DNA from: an uncultured Pseudobdellovibrionaceae bacterium
GTDB taxonomy: Bacteria; Bdellovibrionota; Bdellovibrionia; Bdellovibrionales; UBA1609
DNA: 64,000 nucleotides
Direction of reading: 5' to 3'
Assembly (NCBI GenBank): GCA_963803705.1
Contig: CAWDNU010000004.1
Span: forward strand, 768,001 to 832,000
The translations under genes and the position numbers were made by a program. The notes beneath the pieces were generated by a model. The model saw only the letters and a program-made list of their open reading frames with translations, searched no databases and had not been told where the DNA came from. Shown piece by piece: positions 30,209 through 38,612 of the stretch; positions within the stretch are counted from its first letter, which is position 1; every line of letters starts with the position of its first letter.

Positions 30209-30875
30209 TTACGCAGCCTTAGTCTTAGAAGCAGTGCTTTCATCACTTCTGTATATTCTACTAGTTAGTAGGTCTAAAACTTTTGATCCGTTTTCTGCAC
30301 AGTCAGTTAAGATACTGTCTTTTTTTGCATTCAAAATAGAAAAGGTAATCATGATTGGGATTGCAGCACTCAGACCCATGGCAGTGGTATTCATTGCAAC
30401 TGAAATACCTGCAGCAAGCATCTCTTGCTTTTGTGAAGGATCAGCGCTTGCAACCGCCTTAAAGGCCTGAATCAGATCCTGTAATGGTACCAAGTAGACC
30501 TAGTAAAGTTACAACGTTTGATAACATGGCTAAGTAACCTAATCGTTTAGTGACTTTAGGCATGACTTCAGTAAATGCAATTTCAAATGACTTTTTCATA
30601 GACTCTTCATCTCGATCAGCACGATCAAGAACAGATTTTATAATATGAGCCATTGGCTTTTTCTTGTTAGCTTCGCAAAAAGTCACTGCCTCTTCTATTT
30701 GATCAGCAATTAACAGGCTATGAAGTTGTTTCATAAAAGAGTCTGACTTTAAGTTTAAATCTATAAACAAAGCTTTGATTCTTTCCAAAGATAATCCCAA
30801 CGCAACTACGGCAAATGCTACAATTGCGTAACCCGCTGTTCCACTATCACTAATCATTTTTAAAATGCTATCCAT
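30209..30875 (-). pseudogene. MotA/TolQ/ExbB proton-channel gene (AglR-like) split by one frameshift near 30477
   Basis: ORF 30459-30875 ends in TLLGLLGTITG and ORF 30209-30493 continues LIQAFKAV...GISVAMNTTAMGL; joined they make one typical ExbB/TolQ protein. Confidence 0.85.
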
Positions 30876-30919
30876 TTTTGGCTCCTTTAAATATTTAATA
30901 ACATTATTTTACAAGTTAA

Positions 30920-30946
30920 CATTCGGCTGTGGTTGAAATAAAGTTA
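30920..30946 (-). promoter_or_regulatory. Putative sigma28 (FliA)-type promoter for the agl/glt cluster
   Basis: TAAC-N15-GCCGAATG about 45 nt upstream of the aglR-like ATG; consensus is TAAA-N15-GCCGATAA. Confidence 0.45.
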
Positions 30947-31063
30947 ACGGGACCCGAACTTTTTTTTGATCAGAGGTAATTTAATTTTTACGAAGTGATT
31001 TTTTCGACACTATAATAAGACTTTGGTCTCATATTGGACCACCGGGAATATATCTAAAAATTC

Positions 31064-31210
31064 AGTCAAGTTTTCATTTTTAGGAATTTCAAGATCTTAA
31101 TAGGTATATCAGGCTCGTTGGCGCGATACATTGCGAACGCAATGTGAGTGACAAGGCTTTCCTGATATATCTATTAAGATCTTGAAATTCCTAAAAATGA
31201 AAACTTGACT
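31064..31210. repeat. Long palindromic element B
   Basis: 50-bp inverted arms 31064-31113 and 31161-31210 (49/50 complementary) around a 47-nt core. Confidence 0.95.
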
Positions 31211-31324
31211 TAATTTAGGATGGGTTGATTAAACAAATTCTGTTGAACCAAAGATAGTCCAGCCTAGCAGCACTTGCGGTGAGGACACTCACCGTTGAGT
31301 TGTACATCCGCACCTGCGGCGGTC

Positions 31325-31939
31325 CTACGCAGCTTCTTCTGAGTTTAGTTCTAGGTCTTTAATAATAGTGCTCAGCAATAACTGAGACTTGGAATCAAAC
31401 TTAACAAATTTAAGTCCGTATCTGAATACGAAAGTATTATCCACCGGGTTCTTCCAATCTCGCTTACTTACAACTTTAGCGATTGCATTGATCGAACTTG
31501 ATTTTATTTTGATATGGACCTTAGCCATGTCCGACACATTAAGAAGGCCATAAATAGTTTCAATTCCTATCCCGCCTGATCCCAATTCAGAAACTGCTGC
31601 CCAAACATTAATATTTTCGTGGTTTAGTAAAATTTTTTCTACAACTTTGAATCTATTGTAACGCCTACGGTTGGAAAGCGGAATTCTATGGCCTATTACT
31701 GAATCTGACAGAGACTTAAATTTCTGCAATTGAAAGTCAGTAATGTCTGCAACTTGGCACCAGGATTTATCAGCAATTTTCTTAATAAAATCCATTGAAT
31801 GAACTTTATTCTGCTTGATCAAGCGGATAACTTCATAAAAGTCTAAAGGACCAATTTCTTTACCTTCTTTAAGTATCAACCATTTTGAATCTTCGTTAAC
31901 ATTAGACATACCATATAGATTTCGGTGAATTAAAACCAA
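31325..31939 (-). CDS. GYF_2 (DUF4339)-PilZ domain protein
   Basis: N-terminal WLILKEGKEIGPL...W GYF_2-like motif; RRRYNR followed by ELGSGG and YGLKF PilZ-like motifs. Start codon uncertain (likely the ATG of MSNVNE). Confidence 0.75.
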   Translation of the reverse strand: MVLIHRNLYGMSNVNEDSKWLILKEGKEIGPLDFYEVIRLIKQNKVHSMDFIKKIADKSWCQVADITDFQLQKFKSLSDSVIGHRIPLSNRRRYNRFKVVEKILLNHENINVWAAVSELGSGGIGIETIYGLLNVSDMAKVHIKIKSSSINAIAKVVSKRDWKNPVDNTFVFRYGLKFVKFDSKSQLLLSTIIKDLELNSEEAA

Positions 31940-32238
31940 AGTTAAACATTTTAATCATAAATTCGTCACAAATTTGAAAATTCAAGGTACGATTTAATTT
32001 GAGGCGTAAATGTAAGCAGTTGTGTTTATTTAGTTTTCATCAAAACTAGATTAAGGTGTACTGTTTAAATGGTCTAGATTCTTCTAATGCTACCTAACCT
32101 GGTTTAATCCGTACCGTTTTAGAACTTAAGACAAACCGAAAGTAAATCTTCGTGTGCGTATTTCAGGCTCAATCTAGGGCTTTCTTCAATCACACTAATA
32201 TTAAAGACTTTCAGCCAGAAGTTTGATTAGATTATGAC

Positions 32239-32532
32239 ATGTTACGAAACGATGCTGCAGCCGTTATTTTAATATTTATACTGTCTTTGGTGTTCTTCCT
32301 GCCAAGAATTCTAGCGGCTTATTTTGAGCCTTCCAATCCATGGTCAAGCTTTTGGTATCTGTACACCCTTGGCGGTTTCTTTTTTTTCAGTGGTTTATTT
32401 GTCATCACAAAATCAAAGTCATGCAATCTTAAGAATAAAAAAGACAAATTTTGGTTCATAAATATGATACTAGGTTTTCTGTTTTTTTTCACAACTCATG
32501 CTTTATGGATACATTACTCACTAACGTATTAA
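32239..32532 (+). CDS. Small membrane protein (about 3 TM) upstream of the symporter
   Basis: 97 aa with three hydrophobic segments, 28 bp before the symporter gene. Confidence 0.75.
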   Translation: MLRNDAAAVILIFILSLVFFLPRILAAYFEPSNPWSSFWYLYTLGGFFFFSGLFVITKSKSCNLKNKKDKFWFINMILGFLFFFTTHALWIHYSLTY

Positions 32533-32560
32533 GTAGGCTCGCTGCTATAAAGGTTGTTAT

Positions 32561-34477
32561 TTGATGAAAGATTTATCACTACACATTGAAGGGCCAGCGT
32601 TAATTTCAATTTCAATAATTGCTCTATTATATTTAGGCGTAGTTGTATTTTTAGGAGGATACTTCACTAGATTTAACAAAAATATTAACGACTACTTTTA
32701 TTCCGGCCAAAGATTTTCGTGGTGGTTTCCTGCCGCTAGTATGGTTGCCACCGGCGTAGGGTCATATAGCTTTTTGAAGTACTCTGAACAGGGTTTTAAA
32801 ATTGGCATGAGCAGCGCCATCACCTACCTAAATGATTGGTTCGTTATCCCCTTTTTCTTATTTGGCTGGTTGCCAATCATTTATTACGCTCGGATAAAAT
32901 CTATTCCCGAGTACTTCGAAAGACGCTTTAACAAACTAGCTCGCTTACTCGCGCTGGTAATTATTCTTTCTTATATGTTTTTCTACATAGGTTTTAATCT
33001 ATACACTTCGGGGCTTGTCATAGAGGGTTTATTTGCTGTGCCTCAGCTAGTTTCAGTGCCACTGATAGCGCTTTTCCTGTCAGCTTATGTCACCTTTGGA
33101 GGTCAAACTGCGGTAATTTTTACAGATTTTTTTCAGGGGCTTGTACTTTTTATTGGCGGTGGTCTTGCTATTTTAGCCGGGGTAACCGCCTTAGGAGGGC
33201 TTGACCAATTTTGGATATACTTGCCTAGGTCCCATAAACTGCCTTTTGTGCATCTTATAGAAAATAAAGACTTCAACACGACAGGCCTATTTTGGGGAGA
33301 AGCACTAATAGGTAGCGTTGGATTTGCTTTTTTAAATCAAGGCTTCATCATGAGATATTTAACGATTAAAAATATCAACGAATGTCGAAAGGCCGCTTTT
33401 TTCAACCTTATTGTCACCATGCCAATATGTGCGATTCTAGTCGGCGCAATGGGTTGGATCGGTAAGTCATTGGTTGAAAAACAGTCTGCAAATGGTGGGG
33501 CTTTAAGCGGATTTGATTTACTAAACATCACAGATACCTCGCAAACTTTTTTAATGGTTTGTTGGATTGTGGTGCAAAAGAACCCCTGGATCTTTGGTCT
33601 TGTAGTTGCAAGCCTGCTCGCCGCTCTTATGTCCACTATAGACACTTTAATAAATGCATGTGCTGCTATTATAATTTACGATATCTATAAACCGTTTGTT
33701 CGATCCCAAGGAACAGATTCGCACTATCTTTTTGTGGCTAAGCTTGCCTCCTTAGGCTCTACCTTTGTTGGCTTAGGGTTAGTTTACATATTCAATGTTC
33801 AACAGGGTGCTGACCAAAGCTTAATGACACTTCATTATAAGGGCTTGATGGTTATCATTCCTTCAATAGTCACAACAGTTTTTATGGGAGTTTTTTGGCC
33901 ACGCTTCCACGCCAAAGCAGCGTGCCTAGCGATGTTTCTTGGTTCAATTTTAACCCTTTCTACTTTGTGGTTCCCAGAGCTTATCACACCAGTTACGTGG
34001 TTCGTTGGCGCAAAAATTCGAGATGACTATATTTACATGAATGCACTATTCGGGATGCTTACGACAATGACTATCGGAGTAGCGTTTACCCATTTATTGA
34101 AACCATCAGAAAAAGATATATCTGGGCTTACGGTGGATACAATTCAGCAGGCCAAACAAAAATATAAAGGTGATCCAAGAATTAATGAAGCCCCAGGACT
34201 TACAGTTAGAGGGCTCAGCCTGCAGATTGATAACACACTAAATGATAATGAAATCCTTATTCCACAAAAGTATATGGAGCAAATGGGTGCATTTAGTGGC
34301 GACATTGTTTATATTTCAGATGATCGTAAAGTATTAGGTGGACTTAGAGCAGGTCATGTTTTAGCAACCAGTTTAAAAGGTAACGGAGTCAATGACAGCA
34401 TAAGTATTTCGCTTGCTACTTTAAATCAGTGTTACTTGTTAAGAGACAAACCCATTTTAATAGAAAAGGTTATATAG
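32561..34477 (+). CDS. Sodium:solute symporter (SLC5/SSS family)
   Basis: SIPEYFERRF, YVTFGGQTAVIFTDFFQ and AALMSTID motifs; many TMs. Confidence 0.92.
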   Translation: MMKDLSLHIEGPALISISIIALLYLGVVVFLGGYFTRFNKNINDYFYSGQRFSWWFPAASMVATGVGSYSFLKYSEQGFKIGMSSAITYLNDWFVIPFFLFGWLPIIYYARIKSIPEYFERRFNKLARLLALVIILSYMFFYIGFNLYTSGLVIEGLFAVPQLVSVPLIALFLSAYVTFGGQTAVIFTDFFQGLVLFIGGGLAILAGVTALGGLDQFWIYLPRSHKLPFVHLIENKDFNTTGLFWGEALIGSVGFAFLNQGFIMRYLTIKNINECRKAAFFNLIVTMPICAILVGAMGWIGKSLVEKQSANGGALSGFDLLNITDTSQTFLMVCWIVVQKNPWIFGLVVASLLAALMSTIDTLINACAAIIIYDIYKPFVRSQGTDSHYLFVAKLASLGSTFVGLGLVYIFNVQQGADQSLMTLHYKGLMVIIPSIVTTVFMGVFWPRFHAKAACLAMFLGSILTLSTLWFPELITPVTWFVGAKIRDDYIYMNALFGMLTTMTIGVAFTHLLKPSEKDISGLTVDTIQQAKQKYKGDPRINEAPGLTVRGLSLQIDNTLNDNEILIPQKYMEQMGAFSGDIVYISDDRKVLGGLRAGHVLATSLKGNGVNDSISISLATLNQCYLLRDKPILIEKVI

Positions 34478-35190
34478 TGAGCGAAACGTTATCTACAATC
34501 AGCAAATTACTTTCCTTGGAGCCAAATAATACCAGAGTCTTTGTCTTTGATATCGACTCTACGCTTTATGATGTTATCCCTCGTAACCAAGAGATTGTAA
34601 GAAATTTTGGTCGAACGGCAAATCTGCCGCCCGAGTTAAAATCTGCCCTAGAGGGTTTTCAATCAAAACCAGAAGATTGGGGCATAAAAGAAGGCTTAAA
34701 GCGAATTCACGAAAATTTACCTATCGATGAAACAGTAATTAAATTAATACAAAAGCACTGGTCAAAAAACTTCTTCACAAAAGATTTTTTACATTTTGAT
34801 AAAGAGTACCCAGGATCTGTAGAACTCCTAAAGCAATTAGACCGGATATCACCTGTCTATTATTTAACAGGTCGAGATATAGCACGAATGGGCGAAGGAA
34901 CTATTGAACAGCTTAAGAAATCTAAATTTCCCATGGATGAAAAAAGAAACAAACTTATTTTAAAACCCGATAAGTCATTATTAGACCACGAATATAAATT
35001 AGACGAATTGATTAAACTAAAAACCAATTTCAGTGAAATCCATTTTTTTGAAAACGAACCTGTAATCTTAAATGCTGTTTTCGATAAGGACTCTGCTATA
35101 CAACTTTATTATATCGATAGCGTTAATTCTGGTAGAGCTGAGATCTATCCAGAAATAAAATCAATCGAACCTAACTTCTTTATTTCTTAA
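34477..35190 (+). CDS. HAD-superfamily acid phosphatase-like protein
   Basis: VFDIDSTL motif I and YLTGR motif II; likely start is the GTG at 34477 overlapping the symporter stop. Confidence 0.8.
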   Translation: MSETLSTISKLLSLEPNNTRVFVFDIDSTLYDVIPRNQEIVRNFGRTANLPPELKSALEGFQSKPEDWGIKEGLKRIHENLPIDETVIKLIQKHWSKNFFTKDFLHFDKEYPGSVELLKQLDRISPVYYLTGRDIARMGEGTIEQLKKSKFPMDEKRNKLILKPDKSLLDHEYKLDELIKLKTNFSEIHFFENEPVILNAVFDKDSAIQLYYIDSVNSGRAEIYPEIKSIEPNFFIS

Positions 35191-35304
35191 TTTTTTTTAA
35201 GGCACTTAACCTAAATTATCTAGTTATGTTTTGACCTTTTTTTTCTAGTAAAATTTTTGTAAGCCCAAATAACAAATTCTGTTTAAGTTACGTTTAAAAG
35301 CTCA

Positions 35305-35691
35305 CTAGAAGACTTTTCTTCGGCAGACTACATCGCCACTAATTTTTCCAGTGGTAAGTTTGGTAAAATTATATTTCAACCATATTTTAACGTTACCTAG
35401 CTTGGTTTTCTTCACACAGATCCAATCTTTATAGCTTACCTCTATAAGTTCGATGCCAGTGCCATCGTCAATCACCTTTTGGGTCGCATCTTCTTTACCT
35501 TGTATATGTTGAAGTATCAGTCTGGCTGCCTCACCATTTAGCATCATATAATCTAGAAAAGAGTCTTGACCCTCGCCCCATGCGGTGATCCAGCCAGAAA
35601 ATTCCGGCTCATGGTAATCAGCTGAACTGTAGCCTTTTGCATAACTGGTAAAAATCACAACAGTTAGCATTATTTGTAAAATTGGTTTCAT
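35305..35691 (-). CDS. Hypothetical secreted protein
   Basis: 128-aa ORF with signal-peptide-like N-terminus and a sigma54-like motif upstream. Confidence 0.65.
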   Translation of the reverse strand: MKPILQIMLTVVIFTSYAKGYSSADYHEPEFSGWITAWGEGQDSFLDYMMLNGEAARLILQHIQGKEDATQKVIDDGTGIELIEVSYKDWICVKKTKLGNVKIWLKYNFTKLTTGKISGDVVCRRKVF

Positions 35692-35724
35692 AAACTAATC
35701 CCTGGGTATTATCCTGATAAACAT

Positions 35725-35740
35725 AGCAAACTCTGTGCCT
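35725..35740 (-). promoter_or_regulatory. Putative sigma54 -24/-12 promoter
   Basis: AGGCACAGAGTTTGCT matches GGCAC-N5-TTGC, about 34 nt upstream of the ATG at 35691. Confidence 0.5.
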
Positions 35741-36113
35741 TATAATCCTGCGCAAAAAGTTACAAAACTGTTCAGACATAGATTATAAGTAACAAAAATT
35801 GGCTTTTGGTTACGTTAAACGCGATAGAATTTTTATTAAGGATTATATATATGAAAAAAAAATTTTTATTGCAACACTGCTGTTAAGTCTTTTCGAGACT
35901 GCTATTGCCCTTTCAGCTTCAGACATTGAAACAGTGTGGAGTTGGTTCTATAGTTACAGGTATTGATGGCATTGAAGCGTTTGGATACCTCCAAATGCTT
36001 GGATTAGCTCAGAAACGATGTAAGGGCTTAAAAGGATTTGGCTTTTGACCTCTTTTGGAAAATGAATTACAGCAACAATTATGTTATTTGCCAAATTAAA
36101 ATGAGGTTGTGTA

Positions 36114-37457
36114 ATGGGTTACAGGCAGATTTCTGTTTTTAGTATAGTTCATATTATATTAGTTTGTAATGTCTACGCTAAGTCTTATCAGAATTACGAT
36201 TTAGAGGCTTATATCAACCAGAATCCTGAGTCTGATTTATCTATTGATTTATCCGAATGCAGCAACATACCTTTGCAAGAGTTAAAATCAGTAGCTGCCG
36301 GTAGGAGTAGTATTACTAGTTCAGCAATAGAGTTCTGGTATAGGCACGTAAAAATCTCCAAGAGTCTACCAACGGTCGTTTTTCTACCAGGTGGTCCTGG
36401 TAGTGGATCAATGGGTGATTTTGATGGCTACCCAAGCTTAGTAGAGCTGATTAACAATAGCTTAGCTAATATCATCTTAATAGATCCTTTAGGTGTGGGC
36501 TGCAATTGGATTGATCCAAAAAATAATTCAGACTCCATTAAATTAGCATCAACTGAAAATACAGCAACCCAGATCGTATCTTTAATTAGGAAAGAAAACT
36601 TAAAAAATTATTATATTTATGGTCATTCATACGGAACAGTTCTGGGAACTATTTTAACTTCAAAACTAAACGATCATAAAGAACTAATGAAGCCTAAAAA
36701 ACTTATCTTAGAAGGTGTCATGGGGTCAGCGAAAACAATTGCTTCAGATTACTATGGCTTGAACGAAGTAACTAATGTGGTAATAAAGTATGATCCTGAT
36801 TTGAATTATCTAGTTCAAAATTTAGATAAGTTTCCCGTGCAATTTCCATATGACTTTTGGGGATCTATTTTAGGCACTTCAAGTAGAATTATTATATATC
36901 CAGAAGAAAATTGGAAAATAAAAGAAATAGCTGCTGAATTTAGGAGCGGCAATAGTATTAGTGTTGAGAATAGTGAATATTTAGAAAAGAGTTATGCTTT
37001 CTTTACTAGTTATAATCTTGATATGAATCTAAGTTTAATTGAAGATTATACTTACCACTCGATATGGTGCACCGAATTTAGTGATTTTGGTTCAAACAAA
37101 TTTTTGATAACAATAACAGATGGGGTGCTTATTTTAAGTGAGAAACACAAATTCAAGAATCCATGCGCAACATTTCCTTCTACAAAGAATTTATATGACT
37201 CAAAAGATTTCCAACTTTCTGTTCCGCTAATTTACATTCAAGGAGATATGGACACATCAACGCCTTTAGCTTCAGCTCAGTATCACTATAAAAGCCAGCT
37301 AGCTTCACATAACATAAGCTTCTTAAGAATTGAGTCTGATGGGCACCTTCCAACTTCAAATAGGTTGCAGGCATGCATTGAAAATGTATGGGAAGAAATA
37401 TTTCGCGAAAACGCCAATTTTGAAAATGTCCTTAATACCTCAGGCCACTGTAAATAA
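36114..37457 (+). CDS. Secreted alpha/beta hydrolase (prolyl aminopeptidase/S33-like)
   Basis: PGGPG oxyanion motif, GHSYG nucleophile elbow, QGDMD and DGH triad candidates; signal-peptide-like N-terminus. Confidence 0.85.
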   Translation: MGYRQISVFSIVHIILVCNVYAKSYQNYDLEAYINQNPESDLSIDLSECSNIPLQELKSVAAGRSSITSSAIEFWYRHVKISKSLPTVVFLPGGPGSGSMGDFDGYPSLVELINNSLANIILIDPLGVGCNWIDPKNNSDSIKLASTENTATQIVSLIRKENLKNYYIYGHSYGTVLGTILTSKLNDHKELMKPKKLILEGVMGSAKTIASDYYGLNEVTNVVIKYDPDLNYLVQNLDKFPVQFPYDFWGSILGTSSRIIIYPEENWKIKEIAAEFRSGNSISVENSEYLEKSYAFFTSYNLDMNLSLIEDYTYHSIWCTEFSDFGSNKFLITITDGVLILSEKHKFKNPCATFPSTKNLYDSKDFQLSVPLIYIQGDMDTSTPLASAQYHYKSQLASHNISFLRIESDGHLPTSNRLQACIENVWEEIFRENANFENVLNTSGHCK

Positions 37458-37981
37458 TTGGTTAGGGTTTAAGCTAAATCTCACCTTCTCACTAATTATG
37501 GCGAACTGTTTCACCAAAGGGTCGCAGGACATTAATATAAACATTTTGAATAGCAACTTTTGCCAACTACGACTCAATTTCACCTAAAGACTTTGCTATA
37601 GCCGCCGCTTTCTCTACTGAAGGAATTCTGCGACCTTTTTCATAGTCGCAAATTATACCCCTACTTAACCCTCCTAATTTTTCTCCTAAATTTTCTTGGG
37701 ACATCTCTTCCGTTAGTCTGTAAGTAAGTAAAATTTTTCCAAAGGTTACTGGTCCCCTTTAATTTTGTTTATAGTATAAATTAGTCTCCACTGTTTATTT
37801 GAATAAACTGCCCGTTGACCAACCCTGTCAGCATGCTTCAATCGAAAAGATCTAATTTCACCATACTCTGAATGCATTTGAGTCTGAAATTTTGAGTCTC
37901 TTATATACTCGGTCGTCATCAAAGCTATCATGTAGCTACCGAATAAATAGCCTAAAATTTTATAGGAATTGATTGCTCAAA

Positions 37982-38482
37982 CTACTTTATTCGGCGGCCA
38001 GGTATACCTGCAATTGTAGAATGACTTGGGCAACTCGATGTTAGCACTGAATTTGCTCCAATCTTCACATGGTCCCCGACTTCAATTTGTCCTAAGACTT
38101 TTGCTCCTGCGCCGATCATAACAAAGTTTCCAATTTGAGGGTGCCGTCGACCATTTCTAACTCGACTTGTTCCGCCTAGGGTTACTCCGTGAAATATTAG
38201 GCAGTCGTCTCCTATGATGGCAGTCTCGCCGATGACAACTCCCATGCCGTGGTCGATAACAAGTCTTTTTCCAATAGTGGCTCCTGGGTGAATTTCGATA
38301 CCAGTTAACCATCTTGCAATTTCTGAAAACAATCGAGCCACAAATATAAGTCTAATTCTATAGAAAAGTTTTGCCACTCTATGGATGAAAATAGCTTTTG
38401 GACCGGGGTAGAGCAAAAAAATCTCTAGAAGCCCTGAAGCGCTTGGATCAAGTTTTTTATAAGCATTTAGAAAGTCGATCAT
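37982..38482 (-). CDS. cysE: Serine O-acetyltransferase
   Basis: [29 protein letters not shown] and RHP hexapeptide motifs. Confidence 0.93.
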   Translation of the reverse strand: MIDFLNAYKKLDPSASGLLEIFLLYPGPKAIFIHRVAKLFYRIRLIFVARLFSEIARWLTGIEIHPGATIGKRLVIDHGMGVVIGETAIIGDDCLIFHGVTLGGTSRVRNGRRHPQIGNFVMIGAGAKVLGQIEVGDHVKIGANSVLTSSCPSHSTIAGIPGRRIK

Positions 38483-38612
38483 AAGAATTAAAAAATCCTG
38501 TAAAAGTGTTGCATCAATAACAGTAATTAATTAACTGCAGCGCATGTATAAAGTATTATTGTATTACGTCAACGGCGCAGCAACAATAAGTAATCGTTTA
38601 CTGGAAATGATA

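Noticed and set aside
30459..30493. Programmed ribosomal frameshift in the aglR-like gene
   Set aside because: No slippery heptamer at the junction, and five more indels lie next door, which favours error or decay.
37746..37931. 61-aa ORF downstream of cysE
   Set aside because: No recognisable motif or clear RBS, so it cannot be supported from sequence alone.
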